A stretch of 31,658 bases of DNA from Mesotaenium endlicherianum (taxonomy: Eukaryota): positions 206,476 to 238,133 of the forward strand of contig WELA01002166.1 of NCBI GenBank assembly GCA_009602735.1. Reading direction: 5' to 3'. Shown here in pieces: positions 1 to 20,838 of this stretch (position 1 is its first letter; every line of letters starts with the position of its first letter). The translations under genes were made by a program, and so were the position numbers. The notes beneath the pieces were generated by a model. The model saw only the letters and a list, made by a program, of their open reading frames with translations, was not told where the DNA came from and did not search any database.

Positions 1-545
1 TAAATGCCAATGAAATCAACCTAAGGCCGACCAAACGTGTACGACCTAACCCCAAGTGACGTGACACCCCCTCTCATCCCTTACTCTCCCTTTCCCCTAG
101 CAATCCCGGGGGCATACCTGTCGGGATTGCCTATGGTACACGACAGGCTAGCTATGGGCGGTAGGCGATCCCATTGGGTACCCGCGCCGACCCTTCAGGC
201 GAGCGAACTTGAGGGTCGACCTCCAACACCACATGTGGAGGGGAAAAGGTATGCGCGTGATCTGGAGGGAGCCTCACAACTGCTCAACAGCAGATCCTCG
301 TGAGCAGATCATGGGTCCCAGTGTTCACCACTACTACCCACAGACTAGACCATCCTCACCTACCACCCTAACCCGACTAACCACTAGACCTGTCATTGAC
401 CCTCCACCCTTATGTGCTGATACTAGACACCAACGGGACTCGACAAGGACGGACATGACACACACGCTATCTGCAAGGTTGTGGCCACAAGAAACAAGTT
501 AGGGTACTACGAGGCTGGGACATAGGGTTAACGACTCCCCCTCTC
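1..545 (-). mobile_element. Possible LTR relic with a copia-like polypurine tract
   Basis: Minus strand at 545-530 reads GAGAGGGGGAG-T-CGTT, resembling a PPT followed by a mutated TGTT LTR start. No partner LTR or coding remnant is visible. Confidence 0.15.
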
Positions 546-800
546 GTGCTTTGATCCTTTAAGGGACGACCAATACACAGCAAAAAAATGTAAGGTAAAG
601 AAGAATGTGCTCAAAGTTGATAGAATCAGTAGCTTTGATTTATTAACCACTAGTGGTTTAATCCTTGCATGCATTATCTACGTACAATTTCAGACTAATT
701 CCCAATCTACGTACCGCACATGTAATCTATGCACGGCACATGTAAGTCTAGTCATTGTAGGGTTCGAGTGAAGATATGACGTGCCACAAGAACACCCTCC

Positions 801-1320
801 TTCTCGCCTTCATTTCAAAATTTTCATTGTAAAACACTTTCAAAAAGCAAACGAAGTCAAGCACCTCAGAACTTTGTGGACGCACTTCTTGCTACCTCCC
901 TTTTTTTCCTTCATCTTCACGCACTTAAATTGTTTAACTAGGTGAGCTTGTATTGTGTTTCCTCAATGCATTTCCCATCATACGATGGGTCATACGACTT
1001 TGAGGTATGATGGAGAATGATATGACTTCACCCACGTCAATTTTAGAGCAAGGATGATTGTAGTACTTTAACTCTCTCGAGCACTCATGAAGGCCTGCCT
1101 GACCTGCCGCTCCAGGCTGTTTTTAGCTCCCAACTATGGGCTTTGATCTTAAGTGTCGTCTTTAAAATGGAGGCGTGGCGAAGGGGTTAAAGAGTTGAAG
1201 TGCGTGAAGAAGGAAGGAAATAGAGGTAGCGAGAAGTGTGTCCACAAGATTTTGAGGTGCTTGGCTTCGTTTGCTTCGTGAAAGATTTTCACTTCGACAA
1301 TTTTGAAATGAAGGCGAGAA
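801..1320. repeat. Imperfect long inverted repeat (arms ~801-938 and ~1186-1320), foldback/MITE-like
   Basis: ttctcgccttcatttcaaaatt...gcaaacgaagtcaagcacctca...cttcacgcactt at 801-938 matches the reverse complement of 1186-1320 along its length (roughly 75-80% by eye). No TSD found. Confidence 0.7.
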
Positions 1321-2849
1321 GTAGTTAGCAAACCATCATCGTCCGTTATTGTAAATGGTGGGCACACTCAACGATTTGAAGGAAAAGAGCGCAAGTCTAT
1401 TTTTGACGGAATGTGAAGTATTCCAATTGGGCCAACGATACATATTTGCGCCATTGAGGGCCAAATGCCCCTTTGTGGCCATTTCTATGCTCGCAAGCGA
1501 AGTGTTTTTGCAACTTCTGTTATGTGCAAAATCAAATCTGCACTTTGATTCTCTAAGGCTTCACACAAATGTAGTCGTGGGGGGGGGCGAAGTAGGCCGT
1601 TGGAGGTCGTCACTTGCACCCTTCTAGAGTGTAGGGTGTTGTGGATTAAATGTTTCATGAGGAGCAAGTTTGGGTTGCTTCACAAGTAAGCAGCATTTTA
1701 TTGCAATTAACATATATTATCCCAGCGAAGAGCTAGAGATAGTTTTTACCACAAAAGGTGAAGCCAAATTGTAGGAAACACCTCCTTCAAAAAAATTGCT
1801 TAATGGTCTCATATTGTTGGTGGGTGAATTAAGTGACTCATTGGTTGGGCGGTTGATACTACGCAAAGTTTTCCTTGAAGTCATTGCCCTCGACATAGTA
1901 AGTGTGGCGGCATGACTGAAGAGAGCAGCTTACACGCGCTGTGTGAGGGCCAAGTGAACTAGCTGCTATGAAGTCGTTAGGAAGGAACAGGGACGACGTG
2001 GGGCGCTTTGATCACAACTCGAAAATGTTCTAGGGTCGACCGTGCATGGCCAACGCTTTGCGGCACCCGCCTGAGGTATATTTGGAAGATGAATCTTCGG
2101 AGCTACAAGTATTGAGAAACTCATTATAGGCATCTAAAATGAAACGGACTTTCGGAGCAAAGTAAGCTATTGCAAAACAAGGCAAAATGAGTGTAACTAG
2201 CATGCCTCCAATAATGAACGGCGCGGACCAGCGTGGACAAATGAATTGCAGAACCCTCCGAGGCCCTCGTACTACGAAACACTTATGAAGCGAACCAATG
2301 TATCACCATTTATGGTCCCGTTTAAGATCGACGTTGTGTGGACCACGCGACTTGTTTGGCGGTTTACCGAAGTTTTCCACTAAAGTTTGAAGCGATAGAA
2401 AAGTGGGTCCTCATATTCATACATATATTTCTGTATATTGAAATGTTCTAGAAAATGCGCTCACTTGTTTCTTATCCCAAAGGAAAAATGCCATCTAGCT
2501 TGAACAGATATAGTTGTCACGAAGCAATGTTTTGCCAGTTTGTATGGATGGACATTGAGATTCGGTGAAATTTCCATGGTCGCATCCTTAAACCCTTCAG
2601 GCTGCTCGAGGGTCTATCGGATGTCGCTCCAAACAATGCTGCGACCAGCAGGGATCCTGGTCGATTTTGCGAGATCGAAGTTCTCCAAGTCACGTCGATG
2701 AAAACAACCGGACATTTGCGGGAAAAGCACATAAAGGGCCACATAAAGCGACATGCAAAGTGCGACGGAGTATATAATCGTTGTCAACTGAGAGTCGTCA
2801 AGGGTCGTCGATCGTCCGATCACCTTTGGCTACTCAGTTCTAGAATCCG

Positions 2850-2924
2850 ATTGGTAGCGTCAGGGGCCCTTATCCACCCTTGTTATGTGCCACAAAATAA
2901 CATGGCTGCCCGACATCACTTATC
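2850..2924 (+). promoter_or_regulatory. Putative light-responsive promoter motifs of ATPG (inverted CCAAT, two I-box GATAAG cores, GCCAC)
   Basis: attgg 2850-2854, cttatcc 2869-2875, gccac 2889-2893 and cttatc 2919-2924, all 165-240 bp upstream of the ATG. I-boxes are typical of nuclear photosynthesis genes, but motifs this short can occur by chance. Confidence 0.35.
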
Positions 2925-3089
2925 TCATCCTTGACTGCCGGTTGCCATCTTTGTGCCCTTCCGCTTACACACCCGGGGGTGCCTCGAAGCAGTTAGATTG
3001 CAATCAGTTCTCGCAGCCTCTCTGTGGTGCATCTGCTGCATTCTCTCCCTAGCTTGTCAACTGCAGCAGCTGTTCGCAGACGCCACACC

Positions 3090-3821
3090 ATGGCTGCCGT
3101 TGCAACCTCCTCCGTATCCGCCGTCTCCTTGTGCTTGGCGCAAGCATCCAGCAGCTCTTCGTTCAATGGAAAGTCTGTCGTCTCCCTAGCCAGGCTCCCA
3201 GCCGTGACGCGATGTGCCAGGTTGGTAGTGCAGGCCCAGCAGGGAAATGTGGAGAAGCAGACTTTGCAGGTTGCAGTCAGTTCAGCTGTAAAGAGCGTCT
3301 TGGGTGAACAGAGCTGCAGGCGTCTGCAACACGTTTCTTTCATAGCCATGAACGCTATGCTAGCAATGCCTGCTCTCGCTGAGGAGAAGGGCAAGATCTT
3401 TGACTTCAACCTTACCCTTCCTATCATCGTAGTTGAGTTCTTGCTCTTGATGACTGCTCTAGACAAAATCTGGTTCAAGCCTGTGGCTGAGGTCATGGAT
3501 GCCCGTGACGAGAACATTCGTTCTAAGCTTGCGGGATTGAGGGACAACTCGGGTGAGATTAAGGCGCTGCAGCTTGAGGCCGAAGCAGTTCTTAAGGCTG
3601 CGCGATTTGAAACCGCAGAAGAGCTTAAGAAGACTAAGAAAGAAACCGCTGCAGCCTTGGACGCGCAACTACAGGAAGCTAAGACGAAAGTTGAGAATGA
3701 GCTTGCTGCTGCTCTAGCCAACCTTGAGTCTAAGAAGGAGGATACATTGAGGGGACTTGACGTCCAGATTAAGGCATTGAGTGAGGAGATTATTAGCAAG
3801 GTTGTCCCCTTCAAGATCTAA
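3090..3821 (+). CDS. ATPG: Chloroplast ATP synthase subunit b' (CF0 subunit II) precursor, intronless, 243 aa
   Basis: Starts at ccATGG (MAAVATSS), then a Ser/Ala-rich transit peptide and a thylakoid signal ending ALA|EE. The mature part has the diagnostic GKIFDFNLTLPII..EFLLLM.ALDKIWFKPV..MDARDENIRSKL transmembrane segment and a coiled-coil stalk. Confidence 0.96.
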   Translation: MAAVATSSVSAVSLCLAQASSSSSFNGKSVVSLARLPAVTRCARLVVQAQQGNVEKQTLQVAVSSAVKSVLGEQSCRRLQHVSFIAMNAMLAMPALAEEKGKIFDFNLTLPIIVVEFLLLMTALDKIWFKPVAEVMDARDENIRSKLAGLRDNSGEIKALQLEAEAVLKAARFETAEELKKTKKETAAALDAQLQEAKTKVENELAAALANLESKKEDTLRGLDVQIKALSEEIISKVVPFKI

Positions 3822-5683
3822 GCAGGTATTGGCTATTTGTCGAAACAAAATATATTAAATCTGTAGGGGGCTCGTGATAGGCTTCCCGACCACATGTCAA
3901 ACGCGAGCTTGTATAATTGTTCATTCTCTCCTTCCTTCTGTCGCTTTCTTACATGACGGGTTTTGTGCCCTTCTTTAATTGGATCCACCTCTTCGATTTG
4001 GACAAGCTTCGACTTGTGGCTGGGATAGTGAAGCAGTCCATACTTCAATGTATCTTATGGATATAGGGGGCTGTGAGCAGCCCTTTAGGACATTACTCGT
4101 GTTACGGCACATTAGGGACGGGGCTTGTTACCGATGAGGTTTGGAGCTGTAGAAAAAATCATGAAAGCTGCACTTTTGGTCAGAGGAATTATATGTTCTA
4201 GATCCGCAGAAAATGGAGTGATGTACTCGATTCAGATTGAACCCTTGATCCTACTGAAGCAAGATCTTTGCAAGGATGTCGATGTAGAGGGGAATGTATG
4301 AACTAGCTTTCTAAGTTCTACGTGTTATCAACTGATCCTAATTTGGCGTGGTTGCTTCTTTCCGGCATTAAATCTGAGAGATAAGAGCTAAGTCTTCGTC
4401 TTATGTCTCTGGTTGTGTCAGAGGTTTATATGATTTAGTGAAGTACATGGTTTGATTGGATGTTCCTTTTTATTCACGATTTGCTCCAGCATCTTGAATA
4501 AGTCGTTCGCTAGGTTGTGAAATGAGATTGTGACATGTACTGGAACACTGGCAAACATTTAAGAAAGTTTGTGGCTGGATAATGGGCCACAGGGTTTAAT
4601 ACGATCTGTCTTTTGAGTACTGTCATCTGTCAACTCTGTTAAATGCACATGGGCACTGTCTGAGAGTCATGCGAAGGTCATGGCCTAATTGCTTGCGGCA
4701 AAAATTTGCTGAGCATGGTCTTGTGTATGAGATAGCTTAATATCAATTTGTGACGTATTTGTTGGTGCAACTTTTCTCAACTAATCAACTCAAATCAAGT
4801 GCTCACAGTTCACTGCACCCCCCGTCACTGGCAATAAGATGGCTGGAGGAGTCATATGTCTAACCACTTGATGTTTGAGGCAGGTAGTCGTCACGTCCTG
4901 TTATGGACGTGAAGTGGAAGCATGCTTCCAAGTCAAATTAAAATTATTGGTTGTCTTGAGGTAGACAGAACCCTTGTCTCATTCATTCCCTGTCCTGCAT
5001 GTGTCTATATGAAGTCATGGTGGCCTAGCTGGAATATACAACAGGAGCTCGTATACACAAACTCCTTGCAAAATTATGGCCTCTTGGTCCAGCTTATCCC
5101 ACACTGGTTACCGATTTCTGTTGGATAGCTGCAGCTGGCTGTTGGTTGCCTTGCATACACATAATCTTTCCACAAGTCACGAGCTAGGCATTCTTAGGAG
5201 AGCCCATAGTACTGGTTACACTCCCAACTACTTTCTGTGAGTCGCTTCCAAAAGGGCAAATCTTGACATCAACCAATCAATCAACTGCTGCATGACAACC
5301 ATTGCCTCATGCAAAAAATTGTGTCACGTTGGCACATCCGACGTCTGTCCAAGACCAACACCCAGAATCGTACCAAAAAACAGCCGTCGCAAAAGGCAGA
5401 GAAAGTCCAATCACTCGCTGGCCTGAACTCCAGTGAACTTTGCGAGCTTGTCACAATAGCGCCTGGTCGTATACCGCAAAGCTATAGACCCCTACCCTAG
5501 ACCCCAGGCCACAAGAAGAGCCTAGTTAGGACCCAGAGCCGGGAGCCGGGAGCCCTAGATATCCGGGACCTCTGATCTGGAGTCTAGGACCTGGAAGCAC
5601 GCAAAACCCCCCCCCTCTGCCAGGCGAACCTCCTTGCTGCCACATGCGGCAGCGGCTCGTAGGCCAGGTGCCAGGTGGCTGCT

Positions 5684-16043
<10,360 letters not shown>

Positions 16044-16688
16044 CTCAATCAATCACTCGCTTGTACTTCACCAGCAGCGACTACAAGTTCTCTTCCAATT
16101 GGCCCTCTACATGAACTACTTTCTGAATTTTAAGTACTAATTTTGATATTACTGACTACTCTAAGTATTAACCGAAGAAGGAAGGTGATAAATGGTGATA
16201 AATAACCGCCCACGAGAGTTGCTATTTCGGTGTCCCTCTTCCAACCACTTCCCGAGGAGCAAGGAGTGATGATGGTCTCATGACGCAAGTTTCTTCCTTT
16301 TGGTGGAAGTAAGCGTACTAAACCGTACGTAATCGCCGACGTCGGACCCAGTCCGGCTTAAAGTCAACCACAAATAACATCCCAATCCTTACAGTGCCAA
16401 ACAAGTGTAAACAAGTGTCTGCCGCTTCAGTGAATGAGCGAGGGACGGAAGAAGGGGTGTCGCGACTAACAGCTTCATTGGACGGTGCGACACGCGTGCG
16501 GGAGTCACCGCAGTCATGTACAAACGGTCAACATTTGACTCACCGATCAAACTATGTTGAATTGTGTAAGTCAACGTTAGGCGCTGAGTCCAGCGCGTCA
16601 CACGTGTGGTGTGACCACTCATAAACACGTCAATCCCAACACTCAGCAATGGGTAGGAATTTGGTAGCGTGGTCATATACCCAAAGGC

Positions 16689-17068
16689 TTATTCTCCCTC
16701 CTGTACTACCTCTTGCTCATTAGTCTTTTTAATGCCCTCGGCCACTAAGAGTGCCTCCTTCGGGTTATCAAAACATTTGTCTACTATCGTGTACCCATAA
16801 GTGGCCCACTTCTGACGCCTTTCTTCCTCCGCCTCGACAGTCTCGCAACCTCAGCAGCATCATCCTGCTCCTTCTTTGCCCTATCCTCCTCAGCCTTTCT
16901 GAGTTTCTGTGCCTTTTCATCCCTTTCCCTTTGCTTCTCCATTCGTTGGATGCGCTCTTGCTCTCTTCTAATGAGAGAGGTTGCCGCAATTTCTCGATGG
17001 TGGCCAGACATCTCCGTCCGTGCTAGCTCCACCTTGTTCTTCTTGAATTCTTCCTTCTGTTTGGTCAT
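16689..17068 (-). pseudogene. Truncated, frameshifted homolog of retrotransposon ORF3
   Basis: MTKQKEEFKKNKVELARTEMSGHHREIAATSLIRREQERI...LRKAEEDRAKKEQ, then after a frameshift near 16840 EAEEERRQKWATYGYTIVDKCFDNPKEALLVAEGIKK. This aligns to ORF3 QKELAATSLTRREQERV...LRKAEEERQKKQQ...RQKSLATYRYTVVGGQNFDNLKEALLAAQEINR. Confidence 0.85.
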
Positions 17069-17595
17069 CCTGCTCAGTCATAAACGCGTACAGTTAGTGA
17101 AGTACAAAAGGACCAAAAGAGTTTCAGCATGCAGGTACAATTGCAATGATATAGCATACCATGTGTGATGGAAGAAGTGGGAAGATAGACTTGTAAAAAT
17201 TATCTAAGCTATTTTAGGCGTATTTGGGACGTTTTCCCAATTACCTAAAGTACATTACGCTATTTATCAACATATTATTTGATAAAAGATTGCATCTTGA
17301 TGAATTATTCGCCACACACGTGCGCCCACTAATCCCTGGTCAATTAGCGAGACGACCAAGATGCTATTGCCGCGTAAAGTAAAGTAATTCGACTACTTCG
17401 CAATAGTACGACATAATTGTTCATAAAATTAATTTGAATAATTATGAGATGATAACCTAATTAATTAACGGATTGATAAGTTTATGATTGTCATTATTTT
17501 GAATAATGCACAGTCACTGATTACGGATTAACGACGAGTCATTAAACCGAATAAAGTCGTAAAACTCAAACGAAACGATTACCCAAAGTCACTTT

Positions 17596-17662
17596 GCATC
17601 CATGCGGATTTGAATCCGCGACCCTTCGTTTGAGACGATCACACCTAACGGATTGGCGAAGT
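17596..17662 (-). other. Degenerate tRNA-like sequence (SINE head or tRNA relic)
   Basis: Minus strand: ttcgccaatccgttagg (A-box-like), tcgt-ctcaa-acga stem, ggtc, GCGGA-TTCAAA-TCCGC (T-arm/B-box-like). The acceptor stem does not pair. Confidence 0.4.
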
Positions 17663-18062
17663 ACTTATTACAACTACTCGGTCATGACAAAAGCATGTGC
17701 GCACGACGAACGGTCACGTCAGTAGTGAAACAAATAGATAAAGTACTTAGTGAAATATAATACTTTATCTATTCAAGACAAGGATCTGTGAACACAAATG
17801 GTAGCTTCTTGAAAGAGAGATGGCTTCTTGAAAGTTAATATATTTCTGGATTTTGGAAAGTACAAGAGTGATTCCGCCATGTCTTTCTATGTTCTAACTC
17901 TTGTTTATTTACTTGCTACATAAGTAGTTTCTAGGAAGGTGTATGTTGATGTGTTGGCACCCAACACATCCCATAACTTGCCACCTTTTTCTAGAATAAT
18001 GTACACATGTCCTTTTGACCCAAAAATGGCACGTTTGACTTTTGCCACATGGAGTTCTTCTA

Positions 18063-18781
18063 TGAAATGAATCGACTTACCAAATAGGCGATTAACAATT
18101 AATAAAGATCTTTATATCAGCAAGTAATCTTTATGGTATTTCCGTTAACTAGTTAAACGGCAAAGGACAACACACTAGCAGAGAATAATACTCGTAAGTC
18201 AAATGCGAGTAAACTAGCATCAATGATGCAAATCAGTAAACTCATACATAAGCAAGGTTAGAAGACAGCGCGTATCAATGGCTTCTCGCCTTGGATTCAG
18301 AGTTCTCTCAGTAAGCTGTACAAGAGAGTTGGCCTCGTTTCCGAATGCCGAACTCGAGAGCAATGCCTAGCATATGTACATGGAATGAGTTTACTGTTCA
18401 ACGGTCAGTGCGATGGCACCGCCTACCCGGGAGTTAACCACGTTGGTAGGACCTCGGTTAACCAAATCCACCGCCATCTCCCATCATCCCGAATAGCCAT
18501 CCATCATAGGGATGTCATCTGGCCATTCATCTAGCATATCGCACTTAGATGCATATCAAGGCAGTTCGCTGCTACCGAGTACGGAAGTCAGCTGGCTGTC
18601 AAAGAATGTGTCAGCAAGCTGACTTAAGTTGACTTCAGCCTGCTGCTTTCGGCCGAGTCATTAAACTGATAATTATGTAAAGTCCAGCAGACTGACTATT
18701 AACTAAAGTTCAGCAGGCTGAACTTAATTAACTATTATATTTAAATGAATATTATATCCACTAATATACTGATTCATTACA
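18063..18781 (-). repeat. 3' LTR (719 bp)
   Basis: tgaaatgaatc...gattcattaca, 10/11 terminal inverted repeat. Differs from 26137-26882 by about a dozen substitutions plus a 26-bp and a 1-bp indel (counted by eye). Confidence 0.96.
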
Positions 18782-18782
18782 A

Positions 18783-18816
18783 TCCCTCCAACTTAACTTG
18801 TTGTCGCCTCGACAAC
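18783..18816 (-). promoter_or_regulatory. Polypurine tract with upstream hairpin
   Basis: Minus strand GTTGTCG-AGG-CGACAAC (7-bp stem) AAGTTAAGTTGGAGGGA-T, directly before the LTR start TGTAATG. Confidence 0.8.
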
Positions 18817-18894
18817 ATTAAACTGCAGAAATTTTAAATAAGGGAACTGAACCTGACCAGCCTCCCTTACTGACTGCCTCTTCAGCGTGTCACC

Positions 18895-20571
18895 TTAAGG
18901 GGTTGTTCCTGGGGCTTCAGGGTCAGGAGACGGAGATCTGGACCTAGATCTGGACAGCCCTCTAGGTCTGTCAGCTGGCCTTCTAAAGAACCCTGTTTGC
19001 TCTAAAGTTGGCCCTCGAGGAGAACGGAGGATGGTGGCCTGCTCTTCAACCACTTGGGTGTTGATTCCCACATAGACAGGCATTCCAGTAGGATGCTGAA
19101 ATACATTGGCTAGAGGTACATGCCCCTGAGCGGAGGGGGAGGCTGGCATACCTCTGGCCCACCCGCGTGTCCCTCTTCTGGCACCCCTGTCCTCTGGGGA
19201 TTTCTGTCTGTGTCTGCTGCCCAGTACAGTCAGATCAGCTTCTTCCCCTGCTTGGGCAGGTGGGCTGGGGGAGCGAGCGCGGGGTCCAGTTGTCGCCATA
19301 ACGGGGATCACATTCCACACACCTGATCGTGGTTCTTTAGGAAGTGCCACTGCCTGTCCCTGGGTATCCTGAGTACCTGCTGCTGATGCTTCTCCTCTGC
19401 CTTGTTCTTCTTCCTCATCCTCCTCATCCTCCTCCTCGGAGAGAGTAGGGGTCTCGTCCACTAAGTCGTCCTGCTCCCTAGTAGACATGGAGTAGTCTAC
19501 CGACCTCCCTTTCTTAGGGCGCGCTGGAGGTTGCTTGGCCTTCAGCCTACTGATATCTATCCGGCCTGCATTCTTTGCCCATTTGACAAAGGCATGCTTT
19601 CCCTTAGAGAAGTAGTCTCTTCCCCTCCTCCTATGTTCCTTGGTCTCTGCATTCATATTGCTCAGGCATCCATTCAGCCTGGGGTCCCAAGGGGCAATGT
19701 GAGGTGGTAGGATGAGATAGCCGTCTAGGCCATAGTGGAAGTCATCCGGTTGGGCTCGGTCACACTCCTGCTTCTTATTTGTGACGGTCATCCACCTCCA
19801 GTCTGTTGGCTGCTGGTAGTACTGGGGTCCGTGCTCAGCCTTCCTCAGTTTACACGGGAACCAGTGGGGAGAGAACATCTGCTGTCCTGCTTCCCTGGCC
19901 AAGTACTCCCAGCTCCTTCTCTCAACTTCATTGTAAGCTGGCAGGAGTGTGAGGTAGAATACCGTATCCTTAAAGCTATCGGGCCGCATGCTCACCATCC
20001 GGATGAGTCTCTGATCTCCCACTATTCCCGGTATGGGGACCGGCTTGTCCTCTGAATCATCTGCGAGATACCGGGCCTGCTCTGCTGTATAGCCCACCAT
20101 CTTAGCATAATCTTCGTAAAGGACCACGCCGGTGTGTGTCTCGATGTACCTGTCCAGTGCTGTAGCTCCTTCCTTCTGTAGCAGTGTTGTCTGTTCCAGC
20201 CTGTTGATCTCCTGGGCTGCCAGCAATGCTTCCTTCAGGTTATCGAAGTTTTGGCCACCCACCACAGTATACCTGTAAGTGGCCAAGCTCTTCTGTCTGT
20301 CCGCTTCAATCTTTTTTCTTTTCTCCTCTTCTGCCGCTGCCGCTTCTTCTTGCTGTTTCTTCTGTCTCTCCTCCTCAGCCTTCCTGAGGTTTTCCGCTTC
20401 CTGATCCTTCTTCCTCTGTGCCTCTTCTGCCGCCTCTTGTTGTTTGCGGACCCTTTCTTGTTCTCTCCTGGTGAGGGACGTCGCCGCCAGCTCCTTCTGG
20501 TATTGCTCCATTGTCCTCCTGGCTTCTTCTGCCTTGCGCTTTCTGTCCTCCTTTTGTGTGGTGGGCGCCAT
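18895..20571 (-). CDS. ORF3: retrotransposon accessory protein of unknown function (~558 aa)
   Basis: Intact ORF between pol and the 3' LTR, same strand as gag-pol. Likely start MAPTTQK directly after a predicted 3' splice site. E/K/R/Q coiled-coil N-terminus, aromatic-rich core, acidic tract, RS-rich tail, no hydrophobic TM segment. Homolog at 17068-16689. Confidence 0.8.
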   Translation of the reverse strand: MAPTTQKEDRKRKAEEARRTMEQYQKELAATSLTRREQERVRKQQEAAEEAQRKKDQEAENLRKAEEERQKKQQEEAAAAEEEKRKKIEADRQKSLATYRYTVVGGQNFDNLKEALLAAQEINRLEQTTLLQKEGATALDRYIETHTGVVLYEDYAKMVGYTAEQARYLADDSEDKPVPIPGIVGDQRLIRMVSMRPDSFKDTVFYLTLLPAYNEVERRSWEYLAREAGQQMFSPHWFPCKLRKAEHGPQYYQQPTDWRWMTVTNKKQECDRAQPDDFHYGLDGYLILPPHIAPWDPRLNGCLSNMNAETKEHRRRGRDYFSKGKHAFVKWAKNAGRIDISRLKAKQPPARPKKGRSVDYSMSTREQDDLVDETPTLSEEEDEEDEEEEQGRGEASAAGTQDTQGQAVALPKEPRSGVWNVIPVMATTGPRARSPSPPAQAGEEADLTVLGSRHRQKSPEDRGARRGTRGWARGMPASPSAQGHVPLANVFQHPTGMPVYVGINTQVVEEQATILRSPRGPTLEQTGFFRRPADRPRGLSRSRSRSPSPDPEAPGTTP

Positions 20572-20572
20572 C

Positions 20573-20675
20573 CTGCACATGTAACCAGGGCACAAGTTAG
20601 TAGGATATGGACCTTTGTCATAGGGATTGCAGGAAGTATGTTAGTATTTAGTATAGTGGCTTCGCTGCTGTTTAC
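20573..20675 (-). other. Predicted 5'-UTR intron of ORF3
   Basis: Donor AAG|GTAAAC at 20675 (alternative CT|GTAAGG at 20680), branch point TACTAAC at 20602-20596, acceptor TGCAG|G-ATG at 20573. Confidence 0.6.
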
Positions 20676-20838
20676 CTTACAGGATGATTGCTAAAAGTTG
20701 ACGTAGTTGCGATGCGCTACACATAAACGTATGAGTGTGTTTTTATCGCTCTCGCTCACTAACTGTCATATATTTTCCCCTCCAACTTAAATGGAGACAG
20801 GACCGCCTGTCACCTTCCCGTGTCAACTGAAATGACAG

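Noticed and set aside
2993..3814. 273-aa antisense ORF over ATPG, and the 3024 upstream start of the + ORF
   Set aside because: Shadow ORF of a coiled-coil coding strand. 3024 is a GTG; the first ATG in good context is 3090.
18895..20571. ORF3 as an envelope protein
   Set aside because: No signal peptide or hydrophobic membrane-spanning stretch; the protein is highly charged throughout.
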